Origin: an uncultured virus (IMG/VR IMGVR_UViG_3300021599_001487)
Lineage: Duplodnaviria; Heunggongvirae; Uroviricota; Caudoviricetes
IMG/VR virus record: IMGVR_UViG_3300021599_001487
Length of the DNA: 64,000 nucleotides
Strand: one strand, 5' to 3'
The position numbers and the translations under genes are program-made. The notes beneath the pieces are model-generated. The model ran no database searches and was not told where the DNA came from. It was given only the letters and a program-made list of their open reading frames with translations. Positions 30,131 to 38,475 of this stretch are shown here, one piece after another (positions within the stretch are counted from its first letter, which is position 1; the number at the start of each line of letters is the position of its first letter).

Positions 30131-30643
30131 TTAAACTGCGAAGTCCTCGGTGGCGGTAGTAACGCCGCCAAGACGATCGCCCTCTTCCAATTTCTGGACG
30201 TTGTTCAGCCCGCAACCGACGCCCTTGGATCCGTTGCTGTTGTAAGCGAAGAAGCTTACGGACGCACGGCCAAAGCAGCCCGAGTAAAACTCGGTCTTGT
30301 CAATGATCGGGTTGAGGTCTGCGTCGACCACGCCAGGCTTTTGTGCAGAGTTGGCGTTGATGAAGTACGAGTTTTTGTACGCTGGGTCGTCCTTCTCTGC
30401 ATCACCATCGCGGAGCCCACCCTTGAGTCCCTTGGGGATGCTGCCGCCCCAGACAGACTTGTTGTCCTCCTTGACCTGCTCGATTGCCTTGTTGATGCGG
30501 TCGATCGTTTCCTTGTCGTTCTTCGAGATGATGAGCGACACGGAGTACTTCAGTGCGCCACCCTCCTGAACCGCCTGCGGCTCAAAGACGTGGGCGTAAG
30601 AGAAACGTACCTTGCCTGTTACTACCTTTGCTGATTTTGCCAT
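30131..30643 (-). CDS. Single-stranded DNA-binding protein (DUF2815 / gp2.5-like)
   Basis: VRFSYAHVFEP, LRDGD, YSGC.GRAS, GLNNVQK and acidic EDF tail. Confidence 0.85.
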   Translation of the reverse strand: MAKSAKVVTGKVRFSYAHVFEPQAVQEGGALKYSVSLIISKNDKETIDRINKAIEQVKEDNKSVWGGSIPKGLKGGLRDGDAEKDDPAYKNSYFINANSAQKPGVVDADLNPIIDKTEFYSGCFGRASVSFFAYNSNGSKGVGCGLNNVQKLEEGDRLGGVTTATEDFAV

Positions 30644-30910
30644 CTTGGCTTCCTTTTTGACGTAAGAGCCGTTTTACCGGGCTGGCTCAATGCCCGTACA
30701 ACTACTAATACAAAAACGGGTGCCGTTTTTGTTTCGCATCCTGAAATCATTCTGACCTGTCACCGATCTCAAATGAGTCGATTATAAGCCCGACCTGGCC
30801 GATGGTGTAACCGATGAAGGCGATCATCATCCCTATACGTCGGACCTTGAGGTAGGACAGGGTGGTCATGATGTACATCAGCCCCACCAGGCTTAAAAAG
30901 ATGTGAGGGC

Positions 30911-31186
30911 TCACTCCAGCACCGTGTCGTCTATAAAGATTGGCGTGCTCTCGCCCATGAAAGACCCCAGTATGTTGAACTGGTACCACTCCATGGCCTC
31001 GTCCGGGTCCATCTTGTCGTGCTGCATCAGCAGCTTGATGATCTGCGGCTCGCTATATGCGACTGCGATGACGCCGCTGGCGCTGCTGGCGACGCCGATG
31101 ATTGCCTCGTCAAAATACTCCGGCTCCAGGAACATCAGTTCCTCGACCCCAACGTAGTTGTCAAATATCTGCTCTCGCTTGCTCAC
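30911..31186 (-). CDS. Hypothetical phage protein
   Basis: FDEAIIG...AY....I...M..DEA.EW..FNI.G.F.GE.TPIF, a conserved-looking small protein. Confidence 0.65.
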   Translation of the reverse strand: MSKREQIFDNYVGVEELMFLEPEYFDEAIIGVASSASGVIAVAYSEPQIIKLLMQHDKMDPDEAMEWYQFNILGSFMGESTPIFIDDTVLE

Positions 31187-32316
31187 TTAAAGTCCTCCTG
31201 TGCCGTGTTGTCGTCTTTGACCAGCTTTGGCGATCCCTCGGGCCTTACTATCAGGCTCGAGAGAACGTCGGCCACGTAGCCCTTCTTTGCCAGCTTCTCA
31301 AGCTTTGCGATCGACTTGAGAGACGCCGGCTCCATAATGTCCTCCGACTTGAACCCTTTGTCAAGCAGGACCTGCGTCGCCAGTAGCTCGTCGGATATTT
31401 TGCGGTGGGTCTTGGTTGCCACCAGTGAGTACCCGCGGGGGGTCTTGCCGGTGTTGATGGCGCGCTCGGTGAAGTACGACTCCAGGTCAGACACGTAGGA
31501 CCTGAGCTGGCTGGCGCGGGATAGTGCCAGCTCGAGCTCGTCGTCGGTGAGCAGGGCCGGCTCCCGAAACTCCAACGACGCGACGTCGTTTGCAAAGTCG
31601 GAACGTGCCCTGCAGGTGTGCTTGGCTCGGCAGAATTGGCAGTGGTCCCCGGCGACAAACTCGCCAGTCCCAGACCATGCCTTCTTTGCTTTCGGTTTTA
31701 CGAAGTAGTTTGCCCAGTCGACGAGGCGCGCGAGCGACGTGCCGTCGGTGGTGATGCTGTCGAGCCTTGGCTGGACGATGGTGTACTCGACCTCTTTGAT
31801 GTCTGGGTACTCTTCTTTAAATTTGCTCCAGGCCCCGAGCGCGTAGAGCCGGAGCTGCGAGTTGTCTTTGGCTTCGACGGGGATGCCTTTTCCAAACTTG
31901 AGGTCGATGACTCTGACCTTGTGCTTGGAAAGTATGACGACATCAGCAGTACCAAATCCGTCAGGAGCCCAGTCAGAGTAATCCACACGCTGCTCAAATA
32001 GCGGCCGGTCGCCCTCACCAATCTGGCTGCGGACGTATAGAACATAGTTTGTAACATAGTCTTCAAATTCCTCTGTGTAGTACTGGGACTGTCGGATGAT
32101 GGTGTACTCGCGCTGGTACTCCTCGGTGCCGATCTCGGCGTAGTGGTGGCGCAGCATGATCTCTGCCAGCAGGTGGGCCGTGGTCCCCTCCTGGCTGTAG
32201 TCGAAGTCGCCAGCGGCTCGCTTGAGCTCGGGGAGGCTGGCCTCCAGGCGTGCGCTTGGGGTGCATGTCAGCCATCGCTTGGATGCGCTGGCGGATAGGA
32301 CGGCGTGGGCGGTCAT
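31183..32316 (-). CDS. Cas4-like PD-(D/E)XK exonuclease (DUF2800)
   Basis: HAVLSAS.S.RWL.C, EGT.AH, FGTAD, IDLKFGKG, QL.LYA and HC.FC.AK..C motifs. Confidence 0.88.
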   Translation of the reverse strand: MTAHAVLSASASKRWLTCTPSARLEASLPELKRAAGDFDYSQEGTTAHLLAEIMLRHHYAEIGTEEYQREYTIIRQSQYYTEEFEDYVTNYVLYVRSQIGEGDRPLFEQRVDYSDWAPDGFGTADVVILSKHKVRVIDLKFGKGIPVEAKDNSQLRLYALGAWSKFKEEYPDIKEVEYTIVQPRLDSITTDGTSLARLVDWANYFVKPKAKKAWSGTGEFVAGDHCQFCRAKHTCRARSDFANDVASLEFREPALLTDDELELALSRASQLRSYVSDLESYFTERAINTGKTPRGYSLVATKTHRKISDELLATQVLLDKGFKSEDIMEPASLKSIAKLEKLAKKGYVADVLSSLIVRPEGSPKLVKDDNTAQEDFK

Positions 32317-32360
32317 GTCGTTTTTCCTGTTTCAACGGTTTGTCGTATATCTACTAATGC

Positions 32361-32390
32361 AAAAAGGGCACCGTTTTGGGTGCCCTTTTT
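32361..32390. terminator. Bidirectional intrinsic terminator-like hairpin
   Basis: AAAAAGGGCACC-GTTTTG-GGTGCCCTTTTT. Confidence 0.7.
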
Positions 32391-32424
32391 GGGTACGACC
32401 GTGCTATTTTTTGGTACGACCGTG

Positions 32425-32814
32425 CTAGTCTTTTGCCGCCTTTAGTTGCTTGATAAGGTCATCTACCGCGCCCTTGAAGTCGACCACGACGTCGGCCTTG
32501 ACGTCGATCTTCTGCTCACGGGTCTCTTTGTAGTCCTGGGGAAACTGGCCCCTAAGCGCGATCTCGGCGATGCGGGAGTTAAATGCCTTGTTGCCGACGT
32601 TGGCCAGCATCTCGCGCTCCCAAAAGGCCTGGCTGTGTACCAAGGCAACGCCTAGCGCGTCGGCAAACTCGGGGTGTTTCTTCTCCCAGTTTTTTGCCAC
32701 CTCTCGCGATATGCCCAGCTCGGACCACATCATCTTCTGTGACGCGCCCTGCTTGCCCATCTCGATAAGCTTGTCGCACATCTCGGGCTTAAATACGTGT
32801 TTCTTGGTTGCCAT
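32425..32814 (-). CDS. Putative terminase small subunit
   Basis: N-terminal HTH (PEMC..LIEMGKQGAS......LGIS.....W...HPEF..A) followed by SQAFWE. Confidence 0.6.
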   Translation of the reverse strand: MATKKHVFKPEMCDKLIEMGKQGASQKMMWSELGISREVAKNWEKKHPEFADALGVALVHSQAFWEREMLANVGNKAFNSRIAEIALRGQFPQDYKETREQKIDVKADVVVDFKGAVDDLIKQLKAAKD

Positions 32815-32999
32815 TACTTTGCCGTCTTGGCGGACTCCCTGAACGCTTTGGCCGTGGGGGCGCCCTCAGACCCTGGCTTGCGCATCTTCTCGCCAGATCC
32901 CTTGGCGATGCGCTCGCGCTTGGCGTGGATGTTGGCGTAGAGACCGGGCTTTGCCGATCCGCCTGCTGCCATCTTGGGCATGCACTTAAAGTCGTCCAT
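32814..32999 (-). CDS. Small basic phage protein
   Basis: MAAGG..KPGLYANIHAKRERI..GSGEKMRKPG..GAPT.KAF; RBS AAGGA. Confidence 0.65.
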   Translation of the reverse strand: MDDFKCMPKMAAGGSAKPGLYANIHAKRERIAKGSGEKMRKPGSEGAPTAKAFRESAKTAK

Positions 33000-33013
33000 G
33001 GTCTTCCTTTGTG

Positions 33014-33094
33014 TGGTGGAGTTGCTGGGAATCGCACCCAGGTCCGCGAGGTTGCCGCTTAGGCCTTGGCCCACGTCGAAGCTATTCCAACCCC
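33014..33094 (-). ncRNA. ssrA: Minimal tmRNA (tRNA-like domain only)
   Basis: 5' GGGGUUGGAAUAGCUUCGAC and 3' GGACCUGGGUGCGAUUCCCAGCAACUCCACCA. Acceptor stem with G3:U70, discriminator A, encoded CCA; no tag ORF. Confidence 0.8.
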
Positions 33095-33226
33095 TTATTT
33101 CTTCTTCTCTGCCTTCTTCTCGGCCTTTTTCTCTACCTTGGCATCGGCCTTTTTATCCGCGGCATGGGCCGGCAGGACGGCGATGGACAAGAGTGCCACT
33201 ACCGCGGCGCTGATAAACTTTTTCAT
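33095..33226 (-). CDS. Small secreted Lys/Ala/Glu-rich peptide
   Basis: MKKFISAAVVALLSIAVLPAHA signal peptide (A-H-A site) followed by ADKKADAKVEKKAEKKAEKKK; RBS AGGAG. Confidence 0.7.
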   Translation of the reverse strand: MKKFISAAVVALLSIAVLPAHAADKKADAKVEKKAEKKAEKKK

Positions 33227-33672
33227 GGTCTCTCCTGGTTTGTGTTTGTGCCGGGCTTTCACCGGCCTGCGGGCGTCTCCCGACGTGCCTACTACTACTT
33301 ATGCAGAACCGGGAGGCTTTTCGCCCTTGGCCTGTTGCTTGGCAAGCTCGGCCTTCTTGCGGTCCCTCAGGGCCTCGTTTAGCAGCGTCTTGGTCATGGC
33401 GCTGGCAAGTTCCTGGCGCTTGGCCTCGACGAAGGGGTTCTTAAATGGCTCCAGTAATTTTTTAGGTATTTTCATTTTCTGCCTGTTCCTTTATGAGTCG
33501 TTCAAATAATTCAAACGCCAGCTCTCCGCGCATTTGTATCATCTGCTTGATCCCAAGCAATGCGTTGGCCACGTCCTCGGGGTTTATACTGTCGTGGCGC
33601 TCGTAGTAGTACTGAAACAGTGTCTCCACGTCCTCGGCGGTGCCCCACAAACGCATCAGGGCATCCTCCAGC

Positions 33673-33939
33673 TTAAACCTTGTCATTCTTGGCTCGTTTT
33701 TTAGTCTCACGTTTATTTTCATCCTCTTCGTCTCGTATGGCGTTAAACAGTGTGTCAAACCTATCTCGCAGGCGCGAGCTGAGCTCCTCCAGCCGGTCCG
33801 TGACGTTGTGCATGGCGTACTCGACATCTTTCTTGTTCGCCTCTGGCATGCCGTACGTCAGGACACGGACAGTGCTCTGCAGGACGTCCAGGTCGATGCT
33901 TACGTTTTCGATCTCAATTAAATCATGGTAGTGCCTCAT
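33673..33939 (-). CDS. Hypothetical coiled-coil protein
   Basis: ATGA-coupled to the upstream gene. Confidence 0.5.
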   Translation of the reverse strand: MRHYHDLIEIENVSIDLDVLQSTVRVLTYGMPEANKKDVEYAMHNVTDRLEELSSRLRDRFDTLFNAIRDEEDENKRETKKRAKNDKV

Positions 33940-34244
33940 ACACCCATCTCCCTCTTAATAAACTCTACGGCTCGCTTAAAGTGGTACCGCCAATACTTCT
34001 CCGTCACGCCAAGGTCGGAGGCGTTGCTGCCCATCAGAAATGCCTCCATGACCTCGCGCTGCTTTTGAGGCATTCGGTCTTGAATGACGCGACGTATGTC
34101 GATCATGTCCTCATAGCTCCAGGGCAGCCACCCATCGGATTGCATGCCCGATATGCCCTCGATGTCCTCCTGCTCCATCAAATCCGGCTCCTCGTCAGAC
34201 AGACGAGGAGCGGCGCAGTTCTTTTTATATTTTAGAATTATCAT
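33936..34244 (-). CDS. Sigma-70 region 4-like small protein
   Basis: MPQKQREVME.FL.G....LGVTEK..RYHFKRA...IK resembles sigma region 4. Confidence 0.45.
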   Translation of the reverse strand: MIILKYKKNCAAPRLSDEEPDLMEQEDIEGISGMQSDGWLPWSYEDMIDIRRVIQDRMPQKQREVMEAFLMGSNASDLGVTEKYWRYHFKRAVEFIKREMGV

Positions 34245-35572
34245 GCCTTCAGTGCGTCAAGTACCGCGTCCTGTGCGTCGATCTTTCCATCCAGGACACG
34301 AACCACCTGCCAGTCAATCGTGTTGCTCGCGACGAGGTGGTGGATGATTACAGGCTTTGTCTGGCCCTGCCGGTAGACGCGCGCGTTTGCCTGGATGTAA
34401 TTCTCCGAGCTCCACGGCAGGTCGTACCATACCATCTGCGCCACGTCTCCGACGTTGCACTGCAGGTTCAGCCCAATGCCACCAGACTGCGGGTGTGCTA
34501 GTAGTATCTTGATCTTTCCGTTTCTCCAGTCCTCCATGTTGTTAGCGTTCAGCTCTTGCGCCTCGGGGAAGGCTTCCTTTAGCTTTTGTAGCGCCGTTTT
34601 ATAATGATAGAAAACCAGGGTAGGGTGTTGGTTCTCTTCAACAAGAGACTCAAGGTATTCAATTTTAGCTTTATGAGCCTCGGCTTCACCATCTTCGGAG
34701 TAAAGGGTGCCACTGGTAAACTGTAAAAGCTTGTTGGCCAGCGCGGCCGCAGTAACCGCCGTAATAGTCTTACCTTCGATTTCACTGACCATCTCCTTTT
34801 TAAGTTGTTTGTACTTTTTCATTGTCGAATCATCCAGCTCAATGTTGTGGTAGAGCTTGGTCAACGCCGGCAGCTGCAGGTAGTCCTCCGCGCGCAAGCT
34901 AAAGCAGATGTCAGATATCTTGTCCAGTATCTGGCGGTCCATGCCAGGGCGCGGCGCCCACTTGTAGACGACGTTGGTGTGCCGGTTGCGCTCGGCGGCG
35001 TACATGTAGACGTCTCTAAACTTTGTCAGCGTTGGCTCCAGTCGCTGCCCAAGGTCGAGCATGCCAACCTGGGACCACAGGTCGCCAACGCCTTGGGGCG
35101 TGGGCGTGCCGGTGCAGATGATGCGTCGCTTAAACGTCTTTAGCACTCTCTTTATCGCCTTGAACCGTTTCGTGCTGGGGTCCTTGAACCGGCTGCTTTC
35201 GTCGATTATTAAATAATCGAACAGCCCAGCGGGCCAATGTTCCACCAGCCAGGGGACGTTCTCCACGTTGATCACGTAAATGTCTGACTGACTGTAGAGA
35301 GCTTTCAAACGTTGCTCTGGCGTCCCCATCACTAGCGCCACTCGGAGGTCTTGCAGATGCTGCCATTTTTGACACTCCTGCGCCCATACTGACTCCGCGA
35401 CTCTCTTGGGAGCTATCACCAGGGTCCGCCCCAAAGAGCTCTCCCTGACGATCGTCAGCGCGGTTGCTGTTTTTCCCAGGCCCGGCTCCAGGAAAAGGCC
35501 AACGTGCGGAAGGCTTTTTGCCTGGTGTATCAGGCGGCGCTGGTAGTGGTGTAGGTCTGTCTTTGAAAGCAT
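34241..35572 (-). CDS. SNF2-family helicase
   Basis: PGLGKT, IIDESS.FK, TGTP, SGG.GLNLQ and QANAR..RQGQ. Confidence 0.92.
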   Translation of the reverse strand: MLSKTDLHHYQRRLIHQAKSLPHVGLFLEPGLGKTATALTIVRESSLGRTLVIAPKRVAESVWAQECQKWQHLQDLRVALVMGTPEQRLKALYSQSDIYVINVENVPWLVEHWPAGLFDYLIIDESSRFKDPSTKRFKAIKRVLKTFKRRIICTGTPTPQGVGDLWSQVGMLDLGQRLEPTLTKFRDVYMYAAERNRHTNVVYKWAPRPGMDRQILDKISDICFSLRAEDYLQLPALTKLYHNIELDDSTMKKYKQLKKEMVSEIEGKTITAVTAAALANKLLQFTSGTLYSEDGEAEAHKAKIEYLESLVEENQHPTLVFYHYKTALQKLKEAFPEAQELNANNMEDWRNGKIKILLAHPQSGGIGLNLQCNVGDVAQMVWYDLPWSSENYIQANARVYRQGQTKPVIIHHLVASNTIDWQVVRVLDGKIDAQDAVLDALKA

Positions 35573-35957
35573 TTAGTACCTCTTTTCGTTTGTCGTGCAG
35601 CCAGTCGGCCACGGCGTACAGCTCTTTTTCCGTGGCGTTTGACTTTATCGTGTTTGCAAGGCGAGAAATAAATACCACGTTTCCAATTATGTAGCCAAGC
35701 TCTGGTATCACTCGGTCCAGGGATGGCGAGTTGGGGCTTTTTGATCTGCCGCTGCCGAGGCCGGAGCAGCCCCACTCAAACTCAACGCCAAATACAGGGC
35801 ACGGCTTGTTGGCGATCGACATGAGGTATTCCTTGGTCAAATCGAATGGCACCTTTCGTTTTCTTGCCCTCGCTTTTGCGGCAAACAAAAGGTTAGTTAT
35901 CTGTCCACTTTTGGAGGACCTATACTGGCGCTGTTTTTGATTTTGTAAGGAAGTCAT
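35130..35957 (-). CDS. HNH-like homing endonuclease
   Basis: AKARA....PFDLT.E.L, CPVFG and SPSLDR..PELGY..GNV..IS..AN.IK; the C-terminal tail overlaps the helicase. Confidence 0.7.
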   Translation of the reverse strand: MTSLQNQKQRQYRSSKSGQITNLLFAAKARARKRKVPFDLTKEYLMSIANKPCPVFGVEFEWGCSGLGSGRSKSPNSPSLDRVIPELGYIIGNVVFISRLANTIKSNATEKELYAVADWLHDKRKEVLNAFKDRPTPLPAPPDTPGKKPSARWPFPGAGPGKNSNRADDRQGELFGADPGDSSQESRGVSMGAGVSKMAASARPPSGASDGDARATFESSLQSVRHLRDQRGERPLAGGTLARWAVRLFNNRRKQPVQGPQHETVQGDKESAKDV

Positions 35958-36201
35958 CGACGTCTGTTTTAGACCTCAATACGGTCACCGGAAATCCCTG
36001 CAGCTCTAACTCTTGAAACATTAAGAGTTGCCTTGCAGACAGCGCGCCGGTTTTTGTTTTTAGCTCGATCAGGTGCGCCCTTTTGTTTAGGAAGATTATC
36101 CGGTCCGGGACCCCCGTCACCGTGCTGATCCACTTTAGGCTCAGTCCCCCCATCTCTTTTACTTTTTTGCTTAGATAGCTTTCGATCTGCTTTTCTAGCA
36201 T
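35920..36201 (-). CDS. VRR-NUC domain nuclease
   Basis: EKQIE..L, GVPDRI and IELK...G.LS..Q. Confidence 0.88.
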   Translation of the reverse strand: MLEKQIESYLSKKVKEMGGLSLKWISTVTGVPDRIIFLNKRAHLIELKTKTGALSARQLLMFQELELQGFPVTVLRSKTDVDDFLTKSKTAPV

Positions 36202-36595
36202 TTTTGTCCATCTCCATCCGTATCCCGGTCGTGATCTGCTTGACGATGTGCTCCGTTAGGTAGGCGCGTGACTCCTCGCCGATCTCCTCCGCGGGCTCGC
36301 CGATGTGCTCAAACACGCGGCATACGCAGTGCGTTGCCTCGTGCGCTATCACGCCGGCCAGGTACGCCGGGTCCTCGTCGACACACTCCTTCAAGTCGAA
36401 CGCTAAGACGATGATGCCCTCCTTGCCGTCCGTCAGGTAGTGCGTCTCCGCGATCCCTTCGTCAAGTGCGGACGCTTTCTGCGTAATCCCGTGGTCGAGC
36501 AAAATTCTCTGGAACATCTCGTTAGAAAAACAAAGCTTGATCTGGGCCGGGAAGTGGCCGCAGTCGACGTGGTAGTAGCCATAGTTTTTAGGCAT
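35969..36595 (-). CDS. HExxH-containing hypothetical protein (metallopeptidase-like)
   Basis: IAHEATH...EE..AY motif. Confidence 0.55.
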   Translation of the reverse strand: MPKNYGYYHVDCGHFPAQIKLCFSNEMFQRILLDHGITQKASALDEGIAETHYLTDGKEGIIVLAFDLKECVDEDPAYLAGVIAHEATHCVCRVFEHIGEPAEEIGEESRAYLTEHIVKQITTGIRMEMDKNARKADRKLSKQKSKRDGGTEPKVDQHGDGGPGPDNLPKQKGAPDRAKNKNRRAVCKATLNVSRVRAAGISGDRIEV

Positions 36596-36788
36596 CTGCG
36601 ATGACCCCGGTTATTTGCTTGTTGTGCTTGGGGTGGATGATCAGCATCCCGTCCTCCCTGGTGAACCTGAAGTAGCACACGCCGTGCTCCCTCACCAGCT
36701 CACGCGCGCGGTCGAAGATTGCCTCGGCAAAGTCTTGGGCCATCGACTCCTGGTCCTCGTCTGAGTTAATTATTAAGACTTTTTTCAT
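36588..36788 (-). CDS. Hypothetical protein
   Basis: Overlaps both neighbours in the operon. Confidence 0.5.
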   Translation of the reverse strand: MKKVLIINSDEDQESMAQDFAEAIFDRARELVREHGVCYFRFTREDGMLIIHPKHNKQITGVIADA

Positions 36789-37029
36789 CCCACCCGCGCT
36801 CCTTTGCCTTTTTAAGTATCGTTCGCTTTTCGTCGTTGCTCTTGTAGGCCCAGTCCGCGATCTCCTCCAGCGTGCGGTGACAACCGCGGCACTGCTGCCT
36901 TAAGTAGTCCAGGACGCATATCTCAACGCATGGGGACTCGACCCGGCCGAAGATCTGGTCCCAGTTTTTGTCAAACTGTTCCCTGTCCTCGACCGGTCTC
37001 TGGCGGGATCCCTTACCTGCCCCGGCCAT
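36766..37029 (-). CDS. DUF1289-like Cys-rich protein
   Basis: SPC..IC.LD.....C.GC.RT.EEI..W. Confidence 0.75.
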   Translation of the reverse strand: MAGAGKGSRQRPVEDREQFDKNWDQIFGRVESPCVEICVLDYLRQQCRGCHRTLEEIADWAYKSNDEKRTILKKAKERGWDEKSLNN

Positions 37030-37665
37030 GCCTGTCCTCCCTGATGCCCACGACGATGGCCAGCGTTACGACCAGCATCATCCACAGCCAGAAATCTAGC
37101 AGGTTGCTCATATACGTCTCCCGCAGTTAAATGATTGCGTCCCGATACGAAACGAGGAGCTGTACTTGCAGTCGTCCAGGATCCGGCCCTCGGTCAGGAA
37201 GTTTCCCATGACCGCTCCCACTACTAATGCAAAAATCGGGGCAAGTGCCTTGGACCAGTACCTGCGGACGAATTTTTTGAATACCGCGATCTCTTGGTGC
37301 ATCACAGGCTCCCGAACATTATGTCCGACTTGACGTTGTCCACCATCCAATTGACCTGCATGTTGGTCGCGTTGGCGGACCAGTATTTCATCATCTGGTC
37401 CTCCTTGGTAATGGCCACGATCAAAAGCGTGTCCTCGTCCTTGAGCTCCTCCCTCGCGGCCTCAAGCGCGGAGATGGTGGTCCACCTGCCGATGCGTCTG
37501 ATCTCTGCCGTCATAGCAGCGCCTCCTCAAAGTTGTGAATTTGCTCTTTCTTCTCTTTTCGTTCTTGGCGCTTGAGCTTCTCGTAGTACTTCACGACCAG
37601 CTTGCGCTCCTCTGGCGTCTTGAACGGCCAGTCCCAGCGTTCCTGGGTCATTCCGGATGGGTGCA

Positions 37666-37878
37666 TCATGTTTGGCTCTCCAGTTGGTTGATGTATCGGT
37701 CCAGGTACCACCGTGCCTTCTTCAGGTCCTCGATGGGGCAGTGCGACTTGATCCCCGCACGTGATATGTACTTTACCACGTTACCGAGGTGGTACCCGAG
37801 GTCTTTGGCCTCGATGAAGTCGATGGTCTCGATCCCGCCGGACTTGTAGTGCGGTGGGTGGTTCACGATGTCTGTCAT
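37666..37878 (-). CDS. DUF3310 protein (T7 gp1.7 nucleotide kinase-like)
   Basis: VNHP.HY..GGIE.IDFI, GNVVKY..RAG.K and EDLKKA.WYL. Confidence 0.85.
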   Translation of the reverse strand: MTDIVNHPPHYKSGGIETIDFIEAKDLGYHLGNVVKYISRAGIKSHCPIEDLKKARWYLDRYINQLESQT

Positions 37879-38091
37879 TGCTTCTCCCAGTACTTTTTAT
37901 TCTGCTGCCCGATCCAGAGCCCGGCGCACACTAGCTCTAATTCTTCGCTTGGTGGGTTGGTCTTTAGCGCCATGCCGCGGCCTTCCGCAAACCCGCGGTT
38001 GTACTGGCGGTCCATGGCGTTGTCGAATAGAAAGTAGGCCAGGCCAACGATCATGCCGATAAGAATGATTCTCATGCGTTTCCTTTCAATT

Positions 38092-38475
38092 TTAGCCGCG
38101 GTCTTCGCAGATCACGGTCGCGACTACGTAGCTGTCGCTGTCGGATATAGTTACGTGGTGGGCCCAATCCATCGAGCCCATTTGAAGTGATGCCCTGCCG
38201 GAGAGCGCAACGTACGGCGCGCCGTTGTCGTGGTTTAGGACCTCGACCTGGCGCACGTCGAGCCCGTCGATGCCGCTGGCCTTGACGAATGCCTCCTTGG
38301 CCGCGAACCTCCTGGCCAGGTAATTCACGGCCAGCCGCCTGTCGTCCGTGAGCTCTGCGTACACCTGCAGCTCTCGCGGGCCCAGGACCTGGTGCGCCAG
38401 TGCCCACCCCATCTTCTTCGACATGTCGGAGATGCGTTTGATCTCGAGTATGTCCGTTCCGATTCCCCTGATCAA
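38092..38475 (-). CDS. acpS: Holo-ACP synthase (4'-phosphopantetheinyl transferase)
   Basis: GIGTDI.EI.RI, YLA.RFAAKEA..KA, G.P and VTISD...YVVATVI. Confidence 0.92.
   Translation of the reverse strand: MIRGIGTDILEIKRISDMSKKMGWALAHQVLGPRELQVYAELTDDRRLAVNYLARRFAAKEAFVKASGIDGLDVRQVEVLNHDNGAPYVALSGRASLQMGSMDWAHHVTISDSDSYVVATVICEDRG

Noticed and set aside
31183..32316. Cas4-like gene as evidence for CRISPR-Cas
   Set aside because: It sits in the usual phage SSB/PolA/helicase replication module as a stand-alone nuclease.
33014..33094. Standard tRNA-Ala or attP remnant
   Set aside because: No D-stem or canonical anticodon arm; both tmRNA ends are present and paired, and no integrase was found.
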